From Bacillota bacterium (GTDB taxonomy: Bacteria > Bacillota > Clostridia > Oscillospirales > Acutalibacteraceae): DNA of 64,000 nt. Below are positions 38,103 through 50,409 of the stretch, in pieces (the first letter of the stretch is position 1; the number at the start of each line of letters is the position of its first letter). Both the position numbers and the translations under genes were made by a program. The notes beneath the pieces are model-generated. The model was not told the DNA's origin and searched no databases. It was given only the letters and a program-made list of their open reading frames with translations. The DNA lies in contig JAEZRH010000172.1 of the NCBI GenBank assembly GCA_023412845.1, positions 7,051 through 71,050 on the forward strand, read 5' to 3'.

Positions 38103-39599
38103 ATGGCGGGCAGCGATTCTTTCGGCAATGCGAAGCTCCCCTCCTCCGATCTGGAGGCGAACGTCAAATACCTCTGCAATATCTTCAGGGATGACGACAC
38201 GCTCGTTAAGCGTTTTTTTTCGAGCGCACGCGAACCGACGGCAAAGTTCTGCATCCTTTTTTCCGACGGAATGATCAACAATAAGCTTATGAACGAGGAT
38301 ATCATCCGCCCCGTGCTGGAATGTCCCTTCCGAAAAGACGACCCCAGTCTGACCCAAACCGTATCGGAAAACATCACGCTTTCCAACAGCGTGGAACGGA
38401 CCGATCAGGTCGAGAATCTGGTCCAGGCCATCGTCTACGGCGATACGGTTCTGCTGGCACGGGGCTGCCCGGACGCGCTGGTGCTGAACACCAAAGGGTG
38501 GAACACGCGCTCCATTGCCGAACCGGAAAGCGAACGCGTGCTGCGCGGCCCGCGCGAGGGGTTCAACGAATCGCTGCTGACGAACCTCTCCATGCTGCAC
38601 CGAAAGCTGCGGACCCCGGACCTTAAGATGAAATACCGCACCTTCGGCACCAGGACCAAGACGAAGGCCTGCCTCTGCTACCTGGACAGTCTTGTGAACA
38701 AGTCCGTGCTGGAAGAGTTGGAAAAGCGCCTGGACCGGATCGACATCGACGGGACGCTCGACTCGAATTACATTGCGGAATTGATCAAGGATTCCCCGTT
38801 TTCCGCCATTGACACGGTGGGGAGCACGGAGCGCCCCGACGTGGTGGCCGGCAAGCTTCTGGAGGGCCGCATCGCCCTGTTGCTGGACGGAACGCCGGCG
38901 GTGCTGACGGTCCCCCACCTGTTCATCGAGCTTTTTCAGAGCGACGAGGATTATTACGTTTCCTTTGTGTTTTCATCAATCGGCAGATTGCTGCGGATTC
39001 TCTCCTTCATCATATCTCTCTGCTTCCCCGCCTTCTACGTCGCTCTGGTGACCTTCCACCAGGAAATGCTCCCCACGCAGCTTCTGCTGAGCATCTCAGC
39101 CGCGCGGCAGGGCGTCCCCTTCCCCACCGCACTGGAAACCGTGTTCATGCTCGTCGTGTTTGAGATGCTGCGCGAGTCCGGCGCGCGCATGCCCGGCATC
39201 ATGGGTCAGACGCTCAGCATCGTGGGCGCGCTGGTCATCGGTCAGGCCGCCGTGCGCGCCAAGCTCGTCAGCGCCCCAATCATCATCGTCGTCGGCCTTG
39301 CCGGGATCACCGGTCTGATGGTCCCGCGTCTCAAAGGGTACACCATCACTCATCGTTTTTTCCTGCTGATCTGCGCCTGCTTTCTCGGGCTTTACGGGCT
39401 GCTGCTGGGCCTCCTGGTCCTTTTGGTCGGGATTTTCGGGATGCATTCCTTCGGAGTGCCCATCGTGCCCGACATCCACCTGAGCAACCCGCAGGAATAC
39501 AAAGACATCTACTTCCGGTTTCCCTGGATCTTTATGAAAGAACGGCCGGGCTACTTTACCAAGAACACGACCAGGCAGACAAACGGGGAGAAAAAATGA
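38103..39599 (+). CDS. gerKA: spore germination receptor subunit A (GerA/GerKA family)
   Basis: EP.SE..LRGPREGF.E, TERPD, LLEGR...LDGTP, R.GVPFP, E.LRE.G.R.P and IVGALVIGQAAV motifs. Confidence 0.92.
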   Translation: MAGSDSFGNAKLPSSDLEANVKYLCNIFRDDDTLVKRFFSSAREPTAKFCILFSDGMINNKLMNEDIIRPVLECPFRKDDPSLTQTVSENITLSNSVERTDQVENLVQAIVYGDTVLLARGCPDALVLNTKGWNTRSIAEPESERVLRGPREGFNESLLTNLSMLHRKLRTPDLKMKYRTFGTRTKTKACLCYLDSLVNKSVLEELEKRLDRIDIDGTLDSNYIAELIKDSPFSAIDTVGSTERPDVVAGKLLEGRIALLLDGTPAVLTVPHLFIELFQSDEDYYVSFVFSSIGRLLRILSFIISLCFPAFYVALVTFHQEMLPTQLLLSISAARQGVPFPTALETVFMLVVFEMLRESGARMPGIMGQTLSIVGALVIGQAAVRAKLVSAPIIIVVGLAGITGLMVPRLKGYTITHRFFLLICACFLGLYGLLLGLLVLLVGIFGMHSFGVPIVPDIHLSNPQEYKDIYFRFPWIFMKERPGYFTKNTTRQTNGEKK

Positions 39600-40741
39600 A
39601 AAAAGCAGTGGCTTTGATCGTGGCGCTCGTGATGATATTCACCTTCACGGGATGCTGGAACTATCACGAAATCGAAACGCTTCAGATCGTTGCGGGCGTG
39701 GCGCTGGACCCGGGTCAAAACGGTTATAAATACCATGTCACCTTTGAATGCGTCAAGCTGCAGCAGGACGGCCAGCAGTCGGGCGGCTCCCAGCCGGTGA
39801 TCCTGGAAACGGACGGGAACACCATATTCGACGCCGTGCGCAGCACGCTGAACGAATCGGACAAAAAGCTTTATTTCAGCCACTGCCAGATCGTTATCGT
39901 CAGCAGCCAGCTTGCGAAGAGCGGGCTCAAGGTTTTGCTGGACTGGTTCATGCGTGATGCCGAGCCGCGCGACACGCTGGAATTTCTGGTCTCGAAGGAA
40001 GACACCGCGGGGGTCATTCTGCAGCAGAAACCTAAAACCGGGCAGGTGATGTCATACCAGATCTCCAACTCTCTGCACGAATCCGCCAATGCGGCCGGCA
40101 AAAACCAGCACATGCAGCTTTACCAGATCAACAACACTCTGAACACGGCCGGGAACGACCTCTCCCTCCCCGCGATAAAGATCAAGCAGGAGGCGGGCGG
40201 AGCGAACGTGCAGGTGGATGGGGACGCGGTGTTCAAGGAGGATAAGCTGGTGGGCTGGATCGACGGCGACCAGGCAAGATCGCTGAACTTCGTGCTGAAC
40301 AGGATCAACGGAGGCCTTCTCCTCACCGGGGAAAAGCCGGGCGAACAGGACCTCGCGCTGGAAATCATCAGCAGTAGCACAAAAATCAAGCCCACCGTCA
40401 GCAACGGGATTCCCACCATGAACATCGGCATCCACATGCTGGCGGCCTATGGCGAACAAAACAGCACGACGGACGTTCTTTCGAACCAGGGCGCCGAAAA
40501 GGTTGCGCAATACGCAGAGCGCACCATAAAAACTGGCGTGGAAGATATGATCGCCCTGACGCAGCAGAAATACGACAGCGACATCTTCGACTTCGGCTCT
40601 AAAATCAACCAGGAGCTGCCGGATGACTGGGACAAGCTTAAGCCCAACTGGTACGACACGTTCAAAAAGCTGAAGTACAACGTCAGCGCCGAGGTGGAGA
40701 TCAAGAATGCGGCGACCGCCGTGGACAAAGGGGGCCAATAG
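39596..40741 (+). CDS. gerKC: spore germination receptor lipoprotein subunit C
   Basis: lipobox FTGCW, G.TIFDA.R, LYFSH, R..EPR, AVFK.DKLVG and DIFDFG motifs. Confidence 0.9.
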   Translation: MKKAVALIVALVMIFTFTGCWNYHEIETLQIVAGVALDPGQNGYKYHVTFECVKLQQDGQQSGGSQPVILETDGNTIFDAVRSTLNESDKKLYFSHCQIVIVSSQLAKSGLKVLLDWFMRDAEPRDTLEFLVSKEDTAGVILQQKPKTGQVMSYQISNSLHESANAAGKNQHMQLYQINNTLNTAGNDLSLPAIKIKQEAGGANVQVDGDAVFKEDKLVGWIDGDQARSLNFVLNRINGGLLLTGEKPGEQDLALEIISSSTKIKPTVSNGIPTMNIGIHMLAAYGEQNSTTDVLSNQGAEKVAQYAERTIKTGVEDMIALTQQKYDSDIFDFGSKINQELPDDWDKLKPNWYDTFKKLKYNVSAEVEIKNAATAVDKGGQ

Positions 40742-40743
40742 CG

Positions 40744-40956
40744 ATGCAGGGCATGATGATTTTTCTTTTTTTCTTCGTGATTCTGGCCGCTTTTGACCTC
40801 GCGCCCTTAATCAAGCGGAAGGAATGGACCTATCTTTACTTTTCCGTCCCCGCCTATGTGATCTCTCTGGTCCTGAACATCCTGATGGCCGGCAATATCC
40901 GTTATCCGAGCATCACAAAGGTGATAGAAGGGGTCTTATCAAAATTTGTAAAGTGA
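40744..40956 (+). CDS. small two-TM protein within the ger operon
   Basis: 70 aa, hydrophobic, tightly packed between the C and B subunit genes. Confidence 0.65.
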   Translation: MQGMMIFLFFFVILAAFDLAPLIKRKEWTYLYFSVPAYVISLVLNILMAGNIRYPSITKVIEGVLSKFVK

Positions 40957-40965
40957 AGGGTCGCC

Positions 40966-42087
40966 ATGGAAAAAGTCAAGATCCCGGGCCAGCAGATGCA
41001 GGCGATGCTGGCCCTGTTCCTTCTGGGCAGCTCCTTTATTTCCGGGGGAGCATTCAAGGCCCGGCAGGACTCCTGGATCTGCCTGACCGCCGCTTATGTC
41101 CTGAGCATCCCGCTATACTGGGTCTATGCCAGACTTCTTGAGCTGTATGAGAGCCGGGATTTCTTCGACTGCATCCTGCGGTCGTGCGGCAGAATTGCCG
41201 GCACGGCGGTCTGTGCCCTGTACGCGCTGTTTATGCTTCATGTGATCGCCCTGATCCTCCGCATTTTCATAGAATATATCCACAACCTCAACATGCCGGA
41301 GACGCCGCCGGTCTTTATCGCCGGCTGCATTACGGTCACCGCCGTCTACGCACTGAAAAACCGGTTCCCCGTTTTGGCCCGCGTTTCAAGGCCGCTGCTG
41401 GTGGTTTATGCCTCCCTGCTGACCCTGACTCTCATTCTTGCGCAGGGGAGCATGGACTTCGGCAACCTCAAGCCGTTTCTGCACCACAGCTTCACCGACC
41501 TGGCAGAGGGCACCTCCGTCCCCTTCGCCATTCCTTTCGGGGATACCGTGCTTTTCCTCCCGGCGCTCAGTTCTCTGGACCGCAAGGAAAAACCGTTCCC
41601 CGTCCTGCTGAAGGGGAGCACGATCGGCTTCGTGCTTCTGCTGGCCATCAGCCTGCGAAACATTCTTATCCTCGGGTATTCGGACAGCTCTTACATGTTC
41701 CCTTCCTATAACGCGGCGTCGGTCATCGCGATCGGGGACTTTATCCTCGGGGTCGAGGTGATCGTGGGGTTCTACGTCCTGATTGCGGGATTCGTACGCA
41801 TCTGCATGCTGCTTTACACCATGAGCAGCGCTTTCGCCGTGGTGTTCCGCTTTCACGATTACGAGCCGCTTGTCATCCCCTGCGGGCTGCTCGCCATCAC
41901 CATGTCGCTGTTCGTTCACCGCGACACGGCCGACCTGTTCAGCTTTCTACCGTATTACCCTGCCTATTCCTTCCCGATGCAGGTCGTTCTGCCGCTCCTG
42001 CTTCTGGCCGTCGGAAAGATCCGGAAAAAAATCGGCTTTTTGAAGAAAACGCGGAAGAAATCCGCGCGGAACGCACCCGCTCCCTGA
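40966..42087 (+). CDS. gerKB: spore germination receptor subunit B (GerAB/KB family), copy 1
   Basis: ARQDSWI, MPETP, NLKP, PFGD and FPSY motifs; ~10 TM helices. Confidence 0.88.
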   Translation: MEKVKIPGQQMQAMLALFLLGSSFISGGAFKARQDSWICLTAAYVLSIPLYWVYARLLELYESRDFFDCILRSCGRIAGTAVCALYALFMLHVIALILRIFIEYIHNLNMPETPPVFIAGCITVTAVYALKNRFPVLARVSRPLLVVYASLLTLTLILAQGSMDFGNLKPFLHHSFTDLAEGTSVPFAIPFGDTVLFLPALSSLDRKEKPFPVLLKGSTIGFVLLLAISLRNILILGYSDSSYMFPSYNAASVIAIGDFILGVEVIVGFYVLIAGFVRICMLLYTMSSAFAVVFRFHDYEPLVIPCGLLAITMSLFVHRDTADLFSFLPYYPAYSFPMQVVLPLLLLAVGKIRKKIGFLKKTRKKSARNAPAP

Positions 42088-42177
42088 AAGCCGCCGGACA
42101 CGGGAACGCGGCCGGGCCGGATGGAATCCCGGTTCCCGGCATTTGCAAACGTTTCAATTGATTGGAAAGGGTTTACC

Positions 42178-43341
42178 GTGGACAATATCAAGATATCGAA
42201 AAATCATATCCAGGCGCTGATCGCCCTGTTCATCTCCGGCAGTTCCCTGGTCACCGGCGGTCTGACCGACGCAAAGCAGGACACCTGGCTTTGCATCGTG
42301 GCGGCCTATCTGCTGAGCATCCCGCTGTGCTGGCTGTTCGCTTCGCTGGTGAAGCTCCCGAAAGACCGAAGCTTTTTCGACGGGATTATCCAGGTCTGCG
42401 GCAAAATTCCGGGCAGGATTCTCTGTTTTCTGTACGCGCTCAACGCCGTTCACCTGTGCGGGCAGAACGTCCGCATCCTGGTGGAATTCATCCACGACGT
42501 GAACATGACGGAGACGCCGCTGGCCGCGATTCTCGCCTGCGTGATCGCCACGGCTATCTACGTGATAAGGAACCGCGTCTATGTGCTGGCTCGCCTTGCC
42601 AGATTCGCCCTGCCGCTTTTTATCCTTTCCGTTGCCCTGACCATCCTGCTCTCCTTGCAGATTATGGATTTCTCGAACATGCTTCCCATTCTCCACTCGG
42701 ACTTCCAGCCGATGGTTTCCGGCACCGTGGAGTATTTCTCTCTCGCTTTCGGGGAGCTGGTGTTCTGCCTGCCGCTGCTGGGGGCGATCGACCATCAGGA
42801 GACAGTCCTTCCGGTCCTTTTAAAAGGGTCCCTGATTGGATTCCTTCTCCTGCTGGCCATCAGCCTGCGGAATCTTCTCGTCCTCGGGTATGCCAACGGC
42901 ATTTATATGTTTCCCTCCTATACCGCGGTGAGTATCATCTCCATCGGGGATTTCTTCAACCGTGTCGAAGTCCTTATCGGCATTAATTTACTTCTCACAG
43001 GGTTCTTCAAGGTCTGTGTCCTGCTTTTCTCCTCCTGCAAGTCGTTTTCCACCGCCCTCGGCCTTCAGGACTACGAACCGCTTGCGGGCGCTTGCGGCAT
43101 ATTGGTCCTGTCGATAGCGCTCCTGATCTTCTGCAACACGGAGGAAATGTTCGGCTGGTCGAAATACTTCGCGGCTTTTTCGCTTCCGCTGCAGCTTTTT
43201 GTTCCGGCCATTCTGCTGATTATCGGTAAAATCCGGTGCCGCATGCACCCGGAGAGCAAGTCGAAGGCGCCGAAGCCCGGGCCGTCCCGCCGGAAACAGA
43301 CCCCGCCGGGCCGCCGCGCCGGAGAATCCCAGACGCAATAA
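42178..43341 (+). CDS. gerKB: spore germination receptor subunit B, copy 2
   Basis: AKQDTWL, MTETP, FGE and FPSY...IGDFFNRVE motifs; GTG start after GAAAGGG. Confidence 0.88.
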   Translation: MDNIKISKNHIQALIALFISGSSLVTGGLTDAKQDTWLCIVAAYLLSIPLCWLFASLVKLPKDRSFFDGIIQVCGKIPGRILCFLYALNAVHLCGQNVRILVEFIHDVNMTETPLAAILACVIATAIYVIRNRVYVLARLARFALPLFILSVALTILLSLQIMDFSNMLPILHSDFQPMVSGTVEYFSLAFGELVFCLPLLGAIDHQETVLPVLLKGSLIGFLLLLAISLRNLLVLGYANGIYMFPSYTAVSIISIGDFFNRVEVLIGINLLLTGFFKVCVLLFSSCKSFSTALGLQDYEPLAGACGILVLSIALLIFCNTEEMFGWSKYFAAFSLPLQLFVPAILLIIGKIRCRMHPESKSKAPKPGPSRRKQTPPGRRAGESQTQ

Positions 43342-43559
43342 TCTGCAGCCGTCTTCCGAAGAATCTTCTTCGGAAGATTTTTTATTCGGCCGCGGACAAA
43401 ACCCGTTCCAGCCGGGCTTGCCGGCGGCGGCCCGCCTCCCTCATTGTTCACAAATTTTCTTTATTTTTCAATACCGCTATGTTATAATGTTTGAATGTGG
43501 ATTAAAACCGTTGGGAATCCGTCGAAGGGCGGATTCCATGATTCCCTGAGGTGAATTAC

Positions 43560-46316
<2,757 letters not shown>

Positions 46317-46572
46317 TCGGCGCAGGCAATGCCTGTTTCGCCCCGCCGTACAGCACGGCAAAAGTGAACAGCTGATTTTAGCGGGAGTGTCAAAGACATT
46401 TCCCGCTTTTTCTGCACAAAACAACCGACAGAACGGCGCCGCCGTGCAAAAGCCCGCTCGTCCCACGGGGCGATTCAAAACGGAATCCGCCTGAAAATCG
46501 AATCTCAAAACACAGCGGGCGCAGCCTGCCCGAAAGCATGGGCCTACGTCGGGCCGAATCGGACTTTTCCGC

Positions 46573-46610
46573 AAAAAAGAAAGCTAAGGATTCCGGAAAA
46601 TCCTTAGCTT
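46573..46610 (-). terminator. intrinsic terminator of the sRNA (and pgm read-through)
   Basis: AAGCTAAGGATT / AATCCTTAGCTT stem followed by TCTTTTTT on -. Confidence 0.85.
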
Positions 46611-46701
46611 CTTTCTATACAGACTTTGCCTTCGGAGGACGGTTTGCAAATCCACGGCCAACACCCATGACCCTGCGGGAGACCGCGTTTTCTGTATATC
46701 T
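46573..46701 (-). ncRNA. candidate stand-alone small RNA (~128 nt)
   Basis: perfect sigmaA promoter immediately upstream; closing stem TATACAGA/TCTGTATA; ends in a strong terminator; no ORF with a good RBS. Confidence 0.7.
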
Positions 46702-46707
46702 AAGTGT

Positions 46708-46736
46708 ATTATAATAATTCACTCAGATTTTGTCAA
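46708..46736 (-). promoter_or_regulatory. consensus sigmaA promoter
   Basis: TTGACA-17bp-TATAAT exact consensus, located just after the pgm stop codon. Confidence 0.88.
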
Positions 46737-46753
46737 CCGGTTTTTGCTATTTC

Positions 46754-48454
46754 TCATTTTTGGATTCCGAGAAGCACCGGAACCGAACCGCGCAGTTTGG
46801 CAATCGCGGCGAGGGAAGCGGACTTGTCGGCCCCCTTCGCAGACAGGTAGACCTTGATCTTCGGCTCCGTGCCGCTGGGGCGCACAATGGCCTTGCTGCC
46901 GCCCGCCAGCCGGTACTCCAGAACATTGGACTTCGGCAGATCGATTTCAGCCGTCTTTTCGCCGTCGTACCGCCGGGACGCCTCGTAGTCGCTCCAGCCG
47001 ACGACCGCCGCTTCCGCGATCTCAGCGGGCGGGTTCCTGCGCAGGGAATCCATGATGCTCCCCATGCGGATCATCCCGTCTTCGCCCTCGAAGCCGAAGT
47101 TCATCAGGTCGTTTTCATAATACCCGTACTGCCGGTAGAGCGCGTCCATCGCATCCACAAGCGTCAGGCCCTTCCGCTTGTAGTAATGCGCCATCTGGCA
47201 GATGAGCATGCTGGCGTCAACGGCGTCCTTGTCGCGCACATATCCGCCGGAAAGGTAGCCGTAGCTCTCCTCAAAACCGAACACATACCGGTCGGCGCTC
47301 CCTTTTTCCTCCAGGTCGGCGATCTGGTCGCCGATGTACTTGAAGCCCGTCAGCACGCGGCGCAACTCGATGCCGTAATGCTCGGCGACGGGCGTCGCCA
47401 TGTCCGTGCTGACGATGGTCGTAACGGCCACGGGGTCTTTCGGCAGGGTGCCGCGCTCGCCGCGGCAGCGGACGATGAAGTCGAGCAGCAGCACGCCGAC
47501 TTCGTTGCCGGTCATCAGGACATACTGGCCGTTCTGCCTTACGGCGATGCCGCAGCGGTCGCAGTCCGGATCGGTCGCGACGAGGAGGTCCGGCTTCACT
47601 TTTTCGCTGAGCTCAAGGCCCTTCTGCAGCGCCTCGCGGATCTCCGGATTCGGGAACGGGCAGGTCGTGAAATTACCGTCCGGGAACTCCTGCTCAGGGA
47701 CCACGGCCACGTCCTTCACGCCGATCCTGTCAAGAATTCTTGTGACGCAGACGCGGCCCGTGCCGTTGAGCGGGGTGTAGACCACGCTGAGGCCGTCGCA
47801 CGGCTCCTCAAAGGCGCGCTGCTTCATCACCGCGTCGAGGAAACGGTCGATCACTTCGTCGGGGATATAGTCGATCAGCCCGTTTTTGACGGCTTCGTCG
47901 AAATCCGTGCGCTGCACGCCGCTGAAAATGTCTAGGCTGTTGATCTCGGTGAGAACGTCGTCGGCCATTTTGAGCGTGATCTGGCATCCGTCGGAACCGT
48001 AGGCCTTGTATCCGTTGTATTTGGCGGGGTTATGGCTCGCCGTCACGCAGATGCCGGCGTCGCAGTGCAGGTAGCGCACCGCCCAGGAAAGCGTGGGCGT
48101 CGGGGAGAGCCACGGGTAGATGTGCGCATGGATTCCGTTCGCCGCAAGGACCGCCGCCGCCTGCTTTGCAAACAGGTCGGACTTGATGCGGCTGTCATAC
48201 GCAATGGCGACCGACGGATGGTCCGCGTGCTTATTCAGATAATTCGCAAGGCCCTGCGTCGCCTTGCGGACCGTGTAGACGTTCATGCGGTTGGTGCCGG
48301 CGCCGATCACGCCGCGCAGGCCGCCCGTGCCGAACTCCAGGTTGCGGTAGAACCGGTCGTTGATCTCTTCCGGTTTGTCCTTTATGCTTTCCAGTTCTTC
48401 CGTAAGGTCCGGGTCGTCAAGTCCGGCGCTCAGCCATCTTTCGTATTCGGTCAT
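46754..48454 (-). CDS. pgm: phosphoglucomutase / phospho-sugar mutase
   Basis: LEFGTGGLRG, TASHNP, TDPDCDR, FEESYG and RPSGTEPKIK motifs. Confidence 0.93.
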   Translation of the reverse strand: MTEYERWLSAGLDDPDLTEELESIKDKPEEINDRFYRNLEFGTGGLRGVIGAGTNRMNVYTVRKATQGLANYLNKHADHPSVAIAYDSRIKSDLFAKQAAAVLAANGIHAHIYPWLSPTPTLSWAVRYLHCDAGICVTASHNPAKYNGYKAYGSDGCQITLKMADDVLTEINSLDIFSGVQRTDFDEAVKNGLIDYIPDEVIDRFLDAVMKQRAFEEPCDGLSVVYTPLNGTGRVCVTRILDRIGVKDVAVVPEQEFPDGNFTTCPFPNPEIREALQKGLELSEKVKPDLLVATDPDCDRCGIAVRQNGQYVLMTGNEVGVLLLDFIVRCRGERGTLPKDPVAVTTIVSTDMATPVAEHYGIELRRVLTGFKYIGDQIADLEEKGSADRYVFGFEESYGYLSGGYVRDKDAVDASMLICQMAHYYKRKGLTLVDAMDALYRQYGYYENDLMNFGFEGEDGMIRMGSIMDSLRRNPPAEIAEAAVVGWSDYEASRRYDGEKTAEIDLPKSNVLEYRLAGGSKAIVRPSGTEPKIKVYLSAKGADKSASLAAIAKLRGSVPVLLGIQK

Positions 48455-48593
48455 ATGCAAATCATCACTCTTTTCAGCAAAAATAAAAGAATTTCCACTA
48501 AAATCCGGAAAAAGAAGCGCGGCGCCGTACGGAGCGCAGAAGGCGCTTACAAATTTCCAATTTTAGATTATCATTTTCGTTCCCCGGTGTCAA

Positions 48594-49058
48594 TCAGATT
48601 TTGACAATGTTGGTCACGATCCCGGCGGGAGAAATATCCAGCGTGCCGTATGTTCCGTAGCTGCCGTTCAGGCTGCCGGGATTCATGATGTACAGCCCGT
48701 CCTCATAATAGGTGAACGCCTCGTGCGTATGACCGTACAGCAGCACGTCCGCCTTGTTGTCGCGCGCGGCGGAAATCGCGGGGTACATGGTCAGCTTCAC
48801 GTTATAAGTATAACCGTGGGTGTAAAAAATATTTTTATCCGCAAGCCTCGCCAGTCCTTCGGTTGGGAGCGCGCTGCCCCAGTCGCAGTTGCCGCGGACG
48901 AGCAGGAACGTTTTTCCGGGGAAATCCGTCTTCATATCCTCCGCCTCTTCAGCGCCGTCGCCCAGGTGGATGACGGTCTCCGCCTTCGGCTGGCTCAGAA
49001 TGGCCTTCCGCAGCGCGGCGCGGTCGCGGTGTGTGTCGGAAACAACCAGAATTCGCAA
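48594..49058 (-). CDS. YfcE/YsnB-type metallophosphoesterase
   Basis: SDTH, HLGD, RGNCD, THG, YGHTH and NPGS motifs; TTG start after AAGGAGG. Confidence 0.9.
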   Translation of the reverse strand: MRILVVSDTHRDRAALRKAILSQPKAETVIHLGDGAEEAEDMKTDFPGKTFLLVRGNCDWGSALPTEGLARLADKNIFYTHGYTYNVKLTMYPAISAARDNKADVLLYGHTHEAFTYYEDGLYIMNPGSLNGSYGTYGTLDISPAGIVTNIVKI

Positions 49059-49100
49059 TAAAAAGCCTCCTTGCCCGCTTTCCCGGCAGGCTATTCTTTT

Positions 49101-49129
49101 TCATATCTTTTCCTTACACGGCATAGTAT
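49101..49129 (+). promoter_or_regulatory. sigmaE-type (mother-cell sporulation) promoter
   Basis: TCATATC-14bp-CATAGTAT matches the sigmaE consensus spacing and sequence. Confidence 0.65.
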
Positions 49130-49147
49130 ATATCCGAGGTGATAAAC

Positions 49148-49321
49148 ATGCAAGACTTTGCCGACAGCAAACAGCCGCTGATTGATTCCCTCATGAAGAA
49201 GCTGAGCCCGGAGGATAAGAAAAAGGTTGAGTCGCTCCTTTCGGACAAAGCCGCCTGCCAGGAAATTTTGAATACGCCGGAGGCGCAGAAACTCATCCGC
49301 GACCTGACGGGAGGAAAATAA
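49148..49321 (+). CDS. hypothetical small protein
   Basis: RBS GAGGTG; 57 aa helical; stop adjacent to next start. Confidence 0.7.
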   Translation: MQDFADSKQPLIDSLMKKLSPEDKKKVESLLSDKAACQEILNTPEAQKLIRDLTGGK

Positions 49322-49747
49322 ATGGATGACCTCGGCTCCAGGCTGAACGGGGTCCTGAACGACCCGAAAAGCATGGAGAAAATCAGGAACCTCGCGGCCA
49401 TGCTGGGGCTGGATTCTTCCTCCGGAAGCGGGTCGGCCCCGGCACCCGCGCCTCCCCCCGACATGCCGCCCTCCGTGCAGGAAGCCGTTCCGCCTGTGGT
49501 GGAAAGCCCTTCCGCGGGGCTTTCGGCCCTTTCGGGCCTGCAGCAGCTGGACCCGCAGATGCTGGGTATCATTATGAAGATCATGCCCGCCCTTTCAAGC
49601 TTCCGGCAGGAAGACGACGCCACGCGCCTGCTGCGGGCGATGCGGCCGTTCCTCGGTGAAGCCCGCCGCAAAAAGCTGGACGAATCCCTCCGGCTGATGC
49701 AGCTCGTGCGCATGGTTCCGCTGCTGAAAAAAGGCGGTTTATTCTGA
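49322..49747 (+). CDS. hypothetical protein (possibly sporulation/coat related)
   Basis: RBS GGAGG; L.DP..M..I..LA..LG N-terminus, Pro-rich linker, LL.A.RPFL...RR.K.DE C-terminus. Confidence 0.8.
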   Translation: MDDLGSRLNGVLNDPKSMEKIRNLAAMLGLDSSSGSGSAPAPAPPPDMPPSVQEAVPPVVESPSAGLSALSGLQQLDPQMLGIIMKIMPALSSFRQEDDATRLLRAMRPFLGEARRKKLDESLRLMQLVRMVPLLKKGGLF

Positions 49748-49755
49748 GGTGAATT

Positions 49756-50169
49756 ATGGCGGATAACACGGGTCTGGAACGCTCCGAACTCAACCGGCTC
49801 CAGCAGGAGGCGATCCGGCGCGCGCGCGAAATGCAGGCGCGGGCGCAGATCCCGTCCTCTTACGCGCCGCGCGCGGCGCAGGGCGGTGCGGTGCGTCCCG
49901 ACCCGCAGGAAGAGGAAGCGCCTCCGCCGCCGCAGCCCAGGGACTCGCCTCCACCCGCGCCTCGGGAACAGCCCGAGGCACCGGCGCCAGCGCCGCCGCG
50001 GGCGCCGCCTTCCTCTCCGGCAGATTCGTTTTTCGGCGGCATATCGGGTTCGCTCGATTTTCTGCTCAAAGACTCCGAGCGCTCCATGATCCTGATTCTT
50101 CTGCTGATCCTGATGGAGGAAAAAGCGGATACCTCGCTCATCTTCGCAATGATGTACCTGCTGATCTAG
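49756..50169 (+). CDS. hypothetical protein (possibly sporulation/coat related)
   Basis: RBS GAGGTG; QQEAIRRAREMQ N-terminus, Pro-rich middle, hydrophobic C-terminus. Confidence 0.8.
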   Translation: MADNTGLERSELNRLQQEAIRRAREMQARAQIPSSYAPRAAQGGAVRPDPQEEEAPPPPQPRDSPPPAPREQPEAPAPAPPRAPPSSPADSFFGGISGSLDFLLKDSERSMILILLLILMEEKADTSLIFAMMYLLI

Positions 50170-50409
50170 GCAGGCACAGCCTGCGCTTACGGCCCGCCAT
50201 TCGGCGGGAGAAAACGAATCGCTTTATCCTGGCGGGACGGCATTTGACCGCTCCCGCGGACACGGTCCGTTTCGGCCCGCCATAGGGCATAAAGGAATAG
50301 AATCGCTTATTTCGGCGGGACGGCCTTTAGCCGCTCCCGCCGAATTTAATTTTAAGCTATCGGGAATTGACTTTAAAACAGTCTCACGCCCAACCCGCTG
50401 GCGCAGCGT

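Noticed and set aside
46615..46668. 17-codon ORF MGVGRGFANRPPKAKSV inside the candidate sRNA
   Set aside because: There is no properly spaced Shine-Dalgarno and the ATG sits within a predicted stem; the region is treated as non-coding pending ribosome profiling
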